64,000 nt of DNA from Octopus vulgaris (GCA_951406725.2 OX597836.1:1798001-1862000), one strand, 5' to 3'. Shown: positions 13,994-28,227, counted from the first letter of the stretch. A program made the numbers and translations. The notes: generated by a model from the sequence alone, not told the origin.

Positions 13994-14260
13994 TGCCAGA
14001 GGAAGGAATGGCAGATATGGGTTTTGCCCAGTCGAGGCAGACTGCAGGGAAATCCCGAACATTCACTATGCATACAGCCATCGGGATTAGAAGATAAGAG
14101 TGAAGGGTGACCGTGCACAGGATGGAGGAGGCAGCTGAAAGAGCGTTTTGCTGGTTATGGAGCATGAGCGAGGAGGTAATCTGGAAACTAGGAGGAGATG
14201 AGGAGCAGGGATTTGGCCAATCTCAGGGTGTAACGGCTCAGAGTTGAAACTCCTGACATC
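13994..14260 (+). mobile_element. 3' fragment of an RLE-type non-LTR retrotransposon (HERO/R2-group-like), frameshifted
   Basis: Manual translation across frameshifts and stops gives CQRKEWQIWVLP/VEADCREIP and AIGIRR*E*RVTVHRMEEAAERAFCWLWSMSEE, resembling the C-terminal PVEVGCRGF...EAAERASxWLW motif of HERO-type elements. Confidence 0.7.
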
Positions 14261-14441
14261 AATTCCTCCTGCTCAAAGCTTCGTTCAGTTTTGTGAGATG
14301 GAAAACAAGCACCTTCTTCAAGCTGTTATCATAATGCGTGGGCACACACACGTACACACGATACATATATACATATATGTATGTATCTATCTACCTGTCT
14401 GTCTGTCTAACTATCTGTCTGTCTGTCTGTCTGTATGTATG

Positions 14442-14508
<67 letters not shown>

Positions 14509-15234
14509 ACATAAACTCACACACAAATACGCAAACACACACACGCCCATAAACACACGCACACTCACGCACAAATTCACTTACAAAAGGATCATTTAGG
14601 TGCCGGTTCTGAGCGTGTTAAACTCCCACACTCGTTTGTATTCACAGCTTGTATCCGAGGGTGTTCATCATGTAAAAAAGAGCGCACAGCATCACGAATA
14701 AAAGGACACTGACTCTGCTACATCTCTACTTCAACTGTTACACATGTTTCCATATTCAGCAAAGCATGAAATCACGCTAGAGATGCCACCGGCAATATAC
14801 AACCTACAGGGTGGGCATGGTTAGCAAACACATCACAGTTAAAGAGGCATATAACGTACATCTATAGTTTACATAGTCCCAAAAGCACACACGCCCACAC
14901 ACTCACACACATTTTGTACATACCAGTACAGGTACGTGGCTCTAGTCTTTTGAAATTCCTTACCGAGTGTAATTCTGTATTTTCCCATTAATTTAACAAT
15001 AGTATTCTGGTATTTTTAAAGTATTTTGTTCCGAGCTTTCTTCTGCAAAAGTTAAACATTTCAAAATAACTGCAGAGCAGTTCTAAACTTTATAGAAAAT
15101 ATGTAACAATCAATTTACCAACCGAATATTACAATAACCTTTTAAATTCCTTTCTCTTACACATATAAATACATACATTTATCAATCTATATATCTATCT
15201 ATCTATCCCTCGCTCTCCTTCTTTCTCCTACTAC

Positions 15235-15271
<37 letters not shown>

Positions 15272-15283
15272 GGTATTAATACA

Positions 15284-15345
<62 letters not shown>

Positions 15346-15694
15346 TGTGTATGTGTGTGTATGGATGAATACGCATGTGTTCTTGATATTTTACTCTTCC
15401 CTGCGCACTTACAATTTAATTCAATTAAATTAAAAGAAAAATAAATTGCTATCCGCATCTGAAAAATCGAAATTCAAACTTTTTTCTTAAAGCGTAGGAT
15501 TCTGAATGTGAAATCCAACGACAAAAGACAATATGAGATACTTTGAAATGTCAAGCTTTTCAGAGATCGAGGGCTCGAAATGAAAGAATGCCAGTGTGTG
15601 TGTGTGGCGGGGGGGAAGTTGCGGAGGAAACGGGAAAGAATGAGAGAAAGAAATGTATATTTTCTCGCTCGAATACCATCATAATTTCTCACAG

Positions 15695-15823
15695 AGGAAT
15701 CCTAAAATGGATATTGAAACGAGTATTGATTTTCTAAATCAAATACCAAGAACCGTAAACACAGGCGGTTCTTCCTCCACAACCTGCACAGAACAATTCT
15801 TGAGAAAAGGAGAAACTTTAAAG
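15695..15823 (+). CDS. Weak candidate internal exon (129 nt, 43 aa, phase 0-0); product unknown
   Basis: ttctcacag| acceptor, AAG|gtaaat donor, open frame RNPKMDIETSIDFLNQIPRTVNTGGSSSTTCTEQFLRKGETLK; no recognised domain. Confidence 0.2.
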
Positions 15824-15838
15824 GTAAATCCTGCGTTT

Positions 15839-16468
15839 ACCACCACCACCACCACTGCTACCACTACCACCACTACCTCTACCACCACCACCACCACAAC
15901 CACGACTACCACCACAACCACCACAACCACCACCACCACCACCACCACCACTACTACCACTTCCACCACCACCACCACCACCACCACCACCACCACCACC
16001 ACCACCACCACCACCACCACCACCACTACCACCACCACCACTGCCACCACTACCACCACCTCTACGACAACCACCACCACTGCCACCACTACCACAACCA
16101 CCACTACCACCACCACCACCACCACCACTACCACCACCACCACCACCACCACCACCACCACCACCACCACCACCACCACCACCACCACCACCACCACCAC
16201 CACCACTACCACTGCCACCACTGCCACCACTACCACCACCACCACCACCACCACTGCCACCACTACTACCACCACCACCACCACTACCACCACCACCACC
16301 ACTACCACCACCACCATTACCACCACAACCACCACTACCACCACAACCACCAGTACCACTACAACCATCACCACCACCACCACTACCACCACTAAGACCA
16401 CCACCACCACTACCACCACTACCACTACAACCACCACCACCACCACCTTCAACAACAACAACAACACC
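15839..16468. repeat. Long (ACC)n microsatellite, about 630 bp
   Basis: ACC with scattered ACT/ACA variants. Confidence 0.97.
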
Positions 16469-19400
16469 GTCGCCGTCGCCATGTCCAACTTTAGTTAATA
16501 ATTAATATTACGATCAACTAACAAGTAATGGATGTTGCTTCATGAGAGAAAAAAACCATCATAAGAATCTCATTTCAGTGGGCAAATCCTGATGTCTGAA
16601 TATGGAGGAACAATAGAGAAGGGTTTCCTCAATATGTAGGTCTCGATGCCGAGAAAGAGCGAATATTTATTTTGGGATTATTTTCATGGTCGACAAAATA
16701 GGTTGATCCCTGTAGTCGATGTAATGGACGAACCCCGTCTGCCGTACTTGCTGGTCTTTGCAACAAAATTCAAACAAGCATGTAGGTAGTGGGACTCAGT
16801 CACGCTATGTGGGCCTCGTGGATTGCGATAAATTTGTTAAATGGAGTGAATATTGACAGAAAAATCTTCAAGGAAATGAGAACGTCTTAATCTGTGTGAA
16901 AGCAGACGAGATTTAGAAAATTGGAGAACGATAAGGAGACAACTGGAGGACGGGAACGTCAGACGACAACAGCAGACGACAACAGCAGACGACAACACAC
17001 CTGACATAATTGGACATACTTACGGTTAGAAAAATTATTAAAATTTTGCTAGATCAGAGATAATCAATAACGAAAACACGAGTCCAGGAATAAACTGGAT
17101 GATGAGGCTGTGCAACGTGTCCAGGCTCCGACTCAACACTCAAGCAAAAGAAGAGGAGATGCGGATGGTATATACCTTGGATGTAATCATGGGATGAAAT
17201 TGTGTGTTAAAACTGAATAGTTCAGATGACAGTAGAGTATCCAATCAGCCTAAATTGGCTCAAAACTACCTCCATGCGACCATCGTCACCTCAGCCAAGG
17301 GTGGTCGTATCATTTATGACAATATATGAGTTGTATGTGTAAATATGCGTGAGGGCCAACATCTGAATGGCAAGAATAAAGTTCTTTACAAAAGCAAGTC
17401 TGCGACGCAAATCTATCGAGATGTGGCTCTGTCAGTCCTTTTGTTGCGACCAAAAACTGCTTTTGATGTGATCATAATAAATATAATGCTTTTCAATATA
17501 GTTTTGGTCGGAAATTATTGTGCTTCACATGCAGCAAATCTTGGTGGAAAATTTTTAAAAGGTTTCAGTAACATTAAGTAATTTAGAAAAGTATACAATT
17601 CTTCTCATTTTGGGTGAGTTCAAAATTTATAACATTCAACGGCCACAGGTCAGTAACCTTCCATAATTACAACTGCACCAACGCAGACTTGTCGAATCTA
17701 TGCTTGATGGAATTGGCGTCACTTCCACGAAACAACTAAGTCTTCTTCTCAACAAGAATCAGCAATATACTCGGGAAGTATGTTATTAGATTTCGAGAGT
17801 TCATTGAAAATGTAAAACGGATTCCTACAGACGTTCTCATAATAATGTTGTAGAATTAACGCTATATCACTAAATGTAATTTTCACAGACTTTAACGGAA
17901 ATCAATATGATAAACCGTGCTCAGCATCTTCGGTATGCAAGACATCGGTATAAAACTGAAAAAAATATTATGTCAACAATGCAGTTTAATAGCTTCCCAA
18001 TATGATTAAAGAAATGTCGAGCCAAATTCATGACCATTGTGAGGCAGATAAAAATGGACTCAAAATGTTTAAAGAAACAAATATCTGCAATGAATATATT
18101 TTCAATGAATTCTAGACAGTGATAAATTGGTCGGAAATGTCAAAGCCGACATAATATATTCTATTAATTAAGCATAAAACAGGTCAAAACTAGAAATTCA
18201 CCTCTTTTAGTGAAACATCAAAGGGAAACTGATTGGATTTGCAGAAGAAAAATAATTCTGCGAATGACATTCAATGCTGTGTCTCTTCTGGCAGACGCTG
18301 TTTGGAACGTTCACTGCAGTATTATGTGTGGTTGGTAAAGCAGATAATAGAACCATCAATTGTTGATGAGATATACTTAAGCTTTACAATGGTTGTCCAT
18401 CATGAGAGTTGCAGAACAATATGCCAGTTCCTTTGGGACGTCACTATAACAGGACATGAGAGTTACTGTAGGATTCTAAGACACGAAACAACCAGAAAAA
18501 GAAAAAAAAGACGTCAATATACTGTTTGGAGGATCAAATATCCAACGCGGAGCAAAGTATGACGATAGAGATTCTTGGAGATTTTTTTGTTTGATATAAA
18601 TACATCAGACTTAGGAAATAATTCGATCAGACAAGCATCTTTCAGTGAACAGGTATGCTTTCTTTTATTCGTTGCTTTGAAAGTTTTTAAGTTCATCTCT
18701 GCACGTGATCAATTATGATATTTATTAAATACTGAAAAAAACAAAAAAAAAAAACAAATAGGTATCGCTACTCAGAAATTGCCTGCATCTCTGCAGTATT
18801 TGATATTGTCATTGCAATTTCTTCAGGTATTGCAAAGTGTAATATGCAGAAATTGCTGAAATTCATAATCGGTATTCTTACATAAACCGTAGTCTTCCAA
18901 TGTCCGTAGAAGATGTTTCACCTCCGGGAAGGATTAATTAAGCCAAAACAAGTCTACTGCTTTCACTTTTCACTTGTCATAACATTTCAATTACTTTATG
19001 AAAATATGAAGTACCTGCATACGCGGAATGTAAGCCAAATACGCCAGAGAAGTTCTTTTAAGAGAATAGACTCATTAAATAATTTATTCCGGGTAGATAA
19101 GTGGGGTGACAAAAAGATAACATACCCACGGGTAGATTCTATACAGTTGTAAGTTGTGTCCGTAACAACGAAAGAAAAACAAACCAATAGGAAGTTGGAA
19201 GGTATGTTAAGAGTATACAACATGTTCAGGCCATTAAATCACTCTTCCATATTGCATATCTAAATGTTGTAATAGTATGGGAGATTGGATGTGGCCTGGT
19301 GCAACCGGAAACACAATGTTACTGGTCTCCTTTTGTCGACGGATAATGCCCTTTATCTAGATATTCGTGCTCGATGATGATGGCAACACCAGGACTTGCT

Positions 19401-19873
19401 CCGCTCACAGCAGAAAGTCTTTCAGACGAATATCATGAGGACCGTTCGAATGTAGTAAATAACTCGACATAGCAACAAACAGCAGCTATCATAGGATATC
19501 CTATAACCTATTCTAATATCGACACAGTGTATTCGTGATAACTATTGACAAAAGTGTAATCGCTGCGATATATTTAATTAATTAATGAAAGACCACTGAG
19601 AAGCGTAATCGGTGCGGATGCTCTACGAATTCTAGAAGCATCGGAATGGACATCGTGTTGGCATTCGTAGAATGAAAATAAACACGCAACGAATACACTC
19701 TGGAGGTTCAAACTCCCGTGAACGCAAGCGCCATCATACGCACGCACAGAAATGCTTATATACACATATACACAAATTCATACACATGTATAAATAAATA
19801 TATACGCATATATAATTTAATCTACTGACATGCATACATACACACATAAATACATACATACATATTTACATAA

Positions 19874-19904
<31 letters not shown>

Positions 19905-21374
19905 CCAGACTATGAATTTATATTCATACTACTAATAATTTAGCATAAACTTTTGCTAGTAAATGCTTAAAGGAAATTCTGGGTAAATTGGAATTTTCAG
20001 AAAAAGAAACCCCTTTCTAGTTTTGTGAAGCCTAATTTCTCAAGATTAGCGCTTCGGCAATGTGTTACATATTCCAATGCCCCAAAGTACCTATTTATGT
20101 ATATATGTATGTATGTATGTATAAATGTATGTATGTATGTATGTATGTATGTATGTATGTACTGTGTAGGTATGCCTCTTCTATTTTTTTTTATTATGAT
20201 AAATTCTCCACTGTGGAGGGAGCTAGTTTCCAAGAAATATACAAGGCGCCATCTTTTGAATGTAGTTAACACAGACAAATTCACAATGGGAACTTGAGAA
20301 AAGTCTTGCATAATGTTACTGTTATACTCAGAGTCTGCACTTGTAATGTACGAAGCAGCCGGTCAGTTTCTCTTTCTGTGAGGTACTGCGAGAATGCAAC
20401 TGTCTCATGCAACCCAAAGGAGGATGGCCTGGCCAACCTAAACGGGAGCTTGGAGAAGCAGACACCATACAGGCAAAAAAGGAAGGAATCGGTACAGCAG
20501 GATTTCACAGGAAGCGTAGCTTCTTCTCAACCAATGATATACACATTACATCTAAAATTTATGAAAAAGAGAAGATTTATGGTGAATTAAGGCTGACATT
20601 ACAGCTCTTATACCCTATCATCACTGGTGCAAATTGACTATGGTACTGAGAGATTTACACAAAAACTTAGAAATATTTGGTTTTTAGAAGAAGGAGCAGA
20701 AAAGACACATAGTGTATTGCCCAGATCCAAACTATTAGTGACACAGATGAAAAATGCAAAACATTCCAAAAAGAGTATTTTGGTGAAATTCTTTAGACGA
20801 GCAGATAAACGTACCTGAGGAGAGAAAGAGAACGAGAGAGAGATACGTATTTGTGCTTGAGTCTAGATCGATGAATACAAGATCAGATCTACATACATCT
20901 ATATTCGCATGAATTCGGGTGGCCTCCATGACACTTCGACGTTTCGATTACCACTTGAGGCTATAATATAAGTTTAAGCAGTTATTTTAAGTATATTAAC
21001 ACTGAATTTGTTTGGCTTCTAAAGCTGATAGCGAATCTACACATACATACATATATACTCACCTAGATACACCCAAACTTTCACACAATTACGGAATTAA
21101 CATAAACTTAGGAGTTTATGTATGCATGTATGTATGCATATGTATATATAATATATGTCTATATATATACATACACACACACACATACATATATATGTAT
21201 ATGTACTACGATATATGCATATATGGGCAATTATATATTTATAGATTTATATAAATACATGCATATATATATGCATGCATACATATATATATATACACAC
21301 ATATATATATGAACATATATGAATATGTGTACATATATATATGCATATATATACATGAACATATATATATATAC

Positions 21375-21430
<56 letters not shown>

Positions 21431-21763
21431 CTTCAAGTACAGATCGTGCACGTAATACAAATTTCCCATTACGTAACTAAAACTGGCAATGAGTTCATTA
21501 GTCATCCTCCCCCACACTTCTATAGCCACCATCACCACCGCCATCACCCGAACCACTCAAGAAGTCAGATTCAGACCCACTCCGATATCAAAACCATCCA
21601 GATCGCTTCCATGAACGTAATTGCTCCAGGGTCAATTACAAAAGCATTGTCATGCGATATGTGCAGCTAATTAAATCCTTTCATTCAGTTACAACCATCT
21701 GTTGAATGGAGAAAGGCAACTAAAACGCCGGTATTATGCTCATATAGACATATATACGTGCAT

Positions 21764-21822
<59 letters not shown>

Positions 21823-22330
21823 TATATAAATAGATAGATAGATAAATATGTGCGTGTGTAAATGTATATAAATACATACATATATATACATATTTTACAT
21901 ATAAGCATGTATATATATATATATATATATATACATACATATACAAGCACATACTTTTATATAAATATATATATGGAGAGAGAGAGAGAGAGATAGAGAT
22001 AGAGAGATAGATAAATATAAATATATATATTCACCTAACTATCATTTATGGTTGCATATATATGTGTGTGTGTGTGTGTGTGTGTTTATCCGTACAGACG
22101 TACATATAGATATAGAGTGAGAGAGGAAAAAGAGGGATGATGACAAGGGAGTCAGGGTGAGGAAAGAATGACAGATACCTAGGTGTCTAGACACAGCGAA
22201 GAAATTCACATAACCATGCACTCGCGTGGACGTATGTAAGGCGTGATCGTACATCCATGAATACTATATATATATATATATCATCATCATCATCATCGTG
22301 ATATATATATATATATATCATCATCATCAT

Positions 22331-22363
<33 letters not shown>

Positions 22364-22894
22364 CGTATATTTATATATATTTACATATACAGTCATATTT
22401 ACAATCACATCTGAATATTATTAATATATTTGAAGTCAAAGCACGCATACACTGTAAAGATATAGACACATGCAAGTCAGGTATCGTATGTACATACGTG
22501 AAGATTTGTACATGACTATACATTATAGAATAATATATATTGATGCTAAGACGAAGAAGCATATGGAAAGTAATATTCGGTCCCTTATTGAAATGCATTC
22601 TCCATTTTATGAAGCTGGTACGAATTTATGGCGGTTTTAAACACACATTTTACGCGATATATATCAGATGAAAATATATTTCATTAATGGATATATGAAT
22701 AATTAGTTGTTTATGAACAGCAATCGAGTCTTTTTTATAATTTAAGTCCTGGAATCGAAGATTACCATTTAATGATTTTAAGCCACTACCCGATATTGAA
22801 AGCTCCTTGGCAGGAGGACAGTGAGTTTCCAGATGTGGCTGAAATGTTCTATAATGGAACTGGTCCAATTAGACAAATAAATAAATAAATAAAT

Positions 22895-23095
22895 AAATAT
22901 AGGGGCCTGGCCATCCTGTATCAATTTGTTCTAATCACCGTCGAGACGGCAGGTGATCTCGGACCCCGTACTATCGATTTCCTTCGTAAAATCAAGAGAA
23001 TGGCGGCCTGTCAGAGAAATTAGCTCCATGAAGTGGAGCGGCTTCAGCAGCAAGCGTCCATTAACCATTCTCTGCGGTGACGCCACAGTTGGGTT
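22895..23095 (+). mobile_element. 3' fragment of a CRE-clade-like non-LTR retrotransposon (restriction-like endonuclease C-terminus)
   Basis: Translates KYRGLAILYQFVLITVETAGDLGPRTIDFLRKIKRMAACQRN*LHEVERLQQQASI/TILCGDATVG, matching the KY..L...Y.F.P.AVET.G..GP....FL...QR.S.AI.RGNA pattern. Confidence 0.75.
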
Positions 23096-23799
23096 TGCTT
23101 CACATTGTCCCCTCCCCCTCCACTCTCTGATACTTAATCCTCCAATTTCTTTATTTTTGTGGGAGTTTTTTTTCCCACCAAATCTAACACCAAGTGTCGG
23201 ACAAGTGATGATCCACCCTCCGCTTTAATCGGGATAAATTACGAAGAACTTGAAATTCCTGACTCTACCAGTCCATATCCCTTCATGACAAGAAGTGACC
23301 TCCGTGCTCAATATATTTAAATGCAGTTTTCACATTGCACTTGTTAATGACGTCGAGAACAAATATGTATGAGATCCTTGACAACTTTAACTTTTAGTTA
23401 CCCTCTGCTATGACTACTAAGTTAAGAGAAGTGAGAGCGACAACGACGGCATCAAACGAAAACTTTAGTCGATATCGATGCAAAATAAATTAGAATTGCT
23501 CAACAAATCTATAACAAATTTTCGCTACGTAAGATCTATGATATAATTATCGATTCATGTTTGTTTGGATTGGGGTGTACTGTTAAAAGAAAGATTGGTG
23601 ACAGATCTGTATTTTCAATATTGTTGAAAATAATATTGAGCCGTCTACTCTGGCCTCTGAAGCAGTCCTGAAACACTAGTGTGTTTACTAATGAAAATCC
23701 CAGGCATGTGAGACTTTCTCGACATTCTGTTATTAAAAGCTATGGTTTCAAATATACAGATATGAACAGATTTGTACGTGACTATATATTATGGAATAA

Positions 23800-24396
23800 T
23801 ATATATTTTATGTTAAGACCAAGAAGCACATGGGAAGTTGACTGGATCTTCAATTGGTATTTATTTCATTGACCCCGAAAGAATGGAGGGGACTTTGATC
23901 CCGGCAGAATCTCAACTCGGAACGTCTTAAGACACTTTGTAGGTGTACTAATAAATATGGGTTTGAAATTTTGATAGAAAACCAATATAATTTCAAGGGA
24001 TTTCCCCGTTTCCAGTTCTCAACTGGTTTTTATTTTCTCTATTCCGAAAGTAACAAAAGCCAAGTCGACCTCGGTGGAATTTGAACTGGGAGCATAAAGG
24101 CAGAAGAGGTGCTACAAAGAATTTTGCGAGCCGTGCTAATAATTCTGCCACCTAGACACTTGACTATACAAATAAATAACCGTTTCCATTAGAGGCAGAA
24201 AGTCTGAAATTTGAGAAGAGGGCACCAGTCAAATACATCAGCCACAGGGCTAAACGAGTACTTATTTTGTTGACCCTGAAGGGAATAAGGGGTAAAGTCG
24301 GCCTTGGCGGAATTGAAAACAAGATATAGGAAAAACTAAATGCTGCTAAGAATGTCCAACAGTGTGCTAAAATTTCTGCTAGCGCGCCGCCTTATT
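23800..24396 (-). mobile_element. Three head-to-tail SINE family A copies
   Basis: Three recurrences of the reversed core: ttgaccccgaaagaatgg (~23870), aagtcgacctcggtggaatttgaact (~24062), aaagtcggccttggcggaattg (~24294); the last ends ctgctagcgcgccgcctt. Confidence 0.8.
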
Positions 24397-24855
24397 TACT
24401 AATAAATATTAAGTATGGCATAAAATTCTGTTAGTATAGTATTATATAGTTGAATAATATCTTTGGTCGTGAAAATAAAATAATTTTAATGTGAATAGTA
24501 TGGTATTATAAGAATAGAAATAGTGGAATCTTTACGAGATCATGCCAAGCAATCATCTACGGCTGAGATGATTTCTTACGTAAAGTACGTTGACAACGGT
24601 TCTTTCATTATAAAACAGAGGAAATTTTAGTAAATTCGAATCCAATTTAAATTCGTATTCCTTTTTCACACCAAAATATATAAATCTTAACAACCTGAAT
24701 GTTCTTTTAGACTTTAAGTATCAGACATTGTAATAATGGATTGTAAAAGTGTCAAACATTTCGAGTTTTGTTCATATCATTCAATAAAGCATGAACGATT
24801 CTTGCAATAACTGAAGAAGCCAAAGACAAAGAAATGCATGCATAGAGAGACATGG

Positions 24856-24972
24856 CACTCACCCTCCAACATTCACCCTCCAACACTCACCCTCCAACAC
24901 TCACCCTCCAACACTCACCCTCCAACACTCACCCTCCAACACTCACCCTCCAACACTCACCCTCCAACACTC
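24856..24972. repeat. 14-bp minisatellite (CACTCACCCTCCAA) x ~8
   Basis: Near-perfect tandem copies with one C>T variant. Confidence 0.95.
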
Positions 24973-25339
24973 TCTCCTCACTACACACAAACACACAACA
25001 ACCCTTCGCTAGCTCTGTGCCGCAGTAGCGGTTTCTTTCTGTGAGGAGAAAATAATAAGAATTGGATTATTCTGCTAGAGATAAAAATGGAGGAATATAC
25101 AAGAATATTTGAAGTAGTTATAGCAGTTGGAATGGTACAAAATTAGGCTGTACAATATAGTGTTATATTCTAGGGAACTTTGCGCAGGCGCACGTGTTAC
25201 TCTGTTATCTGCGTGTACTTATGTGTTTGCGTGCTTATATGTGCATACGTATATATAAATATATATTTATGTGTGTGTGCGTGTATGTATATATACACAC
25301 ATATATATATGCATTTATGTACACATAGACATTCAGGCA

Positions 25340-25398
<59 letters not shown>

Positions 25399-25471
25399 TT
25401 GTACAAATTATTGTATTTATTTAGTACTATTCAGGAGGACTTATATATATATATGTGTATATATATATGTA

Positions 25472-25507
<36 letters not shown>

Positions 25508-26030
25508 TGTATGTATGTATGTATGTATGTATGTATGTATGTATGTATGGATGGATGGATGTATATGTTGGCCATCTTTCTTTCCTTCCGTTGTAGCTGG
25601 AACAAGAAAGACGTGTTCATGTTTTGTCTCCTGTCCTAGCTTGATTTATGCGTTCGCCACCACACATTCGTTTAGGCTTAGCAGCCCTTCCTGTTTGTTT
25701 TCACTGTCCTGTTTGTGTTATCAATTTCGACCCTCCGCAAAATCTCAAATTTTTGTTTAATTTGCATAGCAGAAGGCAACTGTTTTGTCGAAAGCGTATA
25801 TTGTTGTTAAATGCTCGAAATACGAGACTAGTGAAACAGCCAACAACTGATGAAAGGTCGTTCTTTATGTTGTTCGTTTTGGATTCCATTTGTGTCTTTC
25901 GTTGTTCGAAAGAATAGTTCATGTTCCATGTACTCATGCTTCGTACTTTTTTATTGCACACGTTTCATGACGTCCTGTGCCCACATATGCATATATATAT
26001 ATAAATAGAGATGTATGTACATATACGTAT

Positions 26031-26184
26031 GTTTACGTCCCCGTAACCTAGCGGTTCGACAAGAGACCGATAGAATAAGTACCATTCTTAGAAAGAATAA
26101 GTCCTGGGGTCGATTTGCTCGACTAAAGTCGGTGCTCCAGCATGGCCGCAGTCAAATGACTGAAATAAGTAAAAGAGTAAAAGA

Positions 26185-26186
<2 letters not shown>
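26031..26186 (+). mobile_element. SINE family B, 3' half (little diverged)
   Basis: gtttacgtccccgtaacctagcggttcg...ctggggtcgatttgctcgactaaagtcggtgctccagcatggccgcagtcaaatgactgaaataagtaaaagagtaaaag. Confidence 0.9.
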
Positions 26187-26219
<33 letters not shown>

Positions 26220-26231
26220 AGTGTGTTTGTG

Positions 26232-26269
<38 letters not shown>

Positions 26270-26878
26270 GATGTACCTATAGACACACACACATACATAT
26301 ATGTATGTATTATGTATAATTATTTGACAATGAAATTTCCAATGCAAAAGGCAAGTTTCTGGGATGCAAGACGTCTAATATTCATTGGCGATGAACGTTA
26401 ACAATCACAATCAAACCAGAGAAACATACTTCCATCCATAAACGTATACACAATGTTCCCCTTCAAATACACACAGATACCTCATTTCATAAATTCACAC
26501 AGACACTCACATACATAGCCTCATATGAATACATCCATACAGACATTCCTACACATACAATTACGTACACTCAAATATGAGCACACATTCACAAGCATGC
26601 GTATAAAAATATATATATTAACTCCTTCATTCATTATTTATTTCCTGATATATATTTCAGTCAATAAGCTTCCATAAAAAGTAACTTGGCAAACTTCATG
26701 AATGACGAGGGTTGTCTATTCTGCTATTCATCATAGTCCGGCATATATGAAATTACATACAAACATGCCTATATGAATAAACAAACAAAACTAAATACGT
26801 GCAACGCTCTATATACATATGCATTTATGTATTTAACTGCATATATTTATATGTGTGTAGGTATATATATATATATAC

Positions 26879-26915
<37 letters not shown>

Positions 26916-27056
26916 AACATATATGTATAATTTAATGTATATCTTTAGAGTATATATTACATTATATTGCACTAGATATCGAAAGATATCCAGCTTTGCA
27001 TCCATGTCCTCTAATGCGTATTTACTGTATTCTTCGGTCGGTGTACACACTCAAAT

Positions 27057-27107
<51 letters not shown>

Positions 27108-27304
27108 CATGCATCTACATATGTATATATATATATATTCATACATATACATATGTATTTCTATTTATATAGGAATATACACACTCGCGCACACATATAC
27201 AGTACACACACGCAAACGTATGTGTATGTATATGTATATATATATACATATGTATGTATGTATATATATATGTATATATATATATATATATGTATGCATG
27301 TATG

Positions 27305-27350
<46 letters not shown>

Positions 27351-28059
27351 AATATTTGCATGCATATATGTATGAGTCGAATCGTTTTTGCAATGAAGAT
27401 GTTAGCCTAACGTCTTTGTGTGCGTTTGCCAGACTTCGTTTCAAAAGTCAAACATGATCGGTTGTAATAAGCTAAACTAACACTTGATATATGATATGTT
27501 AACAGAACATAAATTACTAAAAGAAAGATGAAATAATCATAGATGCGGCATCAACGGATTGGTAAACATCAAATGGGAATACGAGATGAGGGGGGATTGA
27601 AACATGCATTAGCGCTTCTCGCCACAAAAGACATCGAAAATATGCAATGCTAATTATGAACGTACAGTGTACGAATATAGCTACACATCATCACGGACCC
27701 ACGCCTATGTATACACATCCATACTTGTGTACCTATAAGAATGATTATACAATCTATATACATGCATGCAAAGAGGCATATATTTGTGTGCAAGCATGTG
27801 TATATGCGCGTGTATATATGGAGACATGTAGATACTCGTGCAAAACTATTGATGTATTGATTATAAAAAAATCTCCGTCCATGCATATATTCATGAAGAC
27901 GCCGTTCGCCATTGCTCTCGCCCGCCTCTGCCTCGTTATAACATTGTATTTATGCAGGGAGGCATGTTCAGTTATATACGAACGTACACACTTATGTACG
28001 TACGTAGGTATATATGCTTAGGCATATATACAGAGACATACATACAACACACACATATA

Positions 28060-28105
<46 letters not shown>

Positions 28106-28227
28106 TGCACACACGCATGGACACATATACGGAGAGAAAGAGAGAGAGAGGGAGAGAGAGAAAGAAAGAGGGAAAAAGCGAGAGAGAGAGATACGCGAAT
28201 ACATAGACACTTGCACATTTACATATA

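Noticed and set aside
15653-16498. 281-aa Thr-rich mucin-like ORF and its antisense poly-Val ORF
   Set aside because: Open only because (ACC)n lacks stop codons; codon use is almost purely ACC, there is no signal peptide, and similar arrays occur elsewhere in the window.
23658-23682. ctgaagcagtcctgaaacactagtgt hammerhead-like string
   Set aside because: No stem II or stem I pairing, and no valid NUH triplet.
24856-24972. Possible CRISPR-like array
   Set aside because: Contiguous tandem units with no unique spacers, no cas genes, eukaryotic context.
25846-25870. CUGAUGA hammerhead cores here and at ~33497, ~42279 and ~59207
   Set aside because: No stem II followed by GAAA at a suitable distance.
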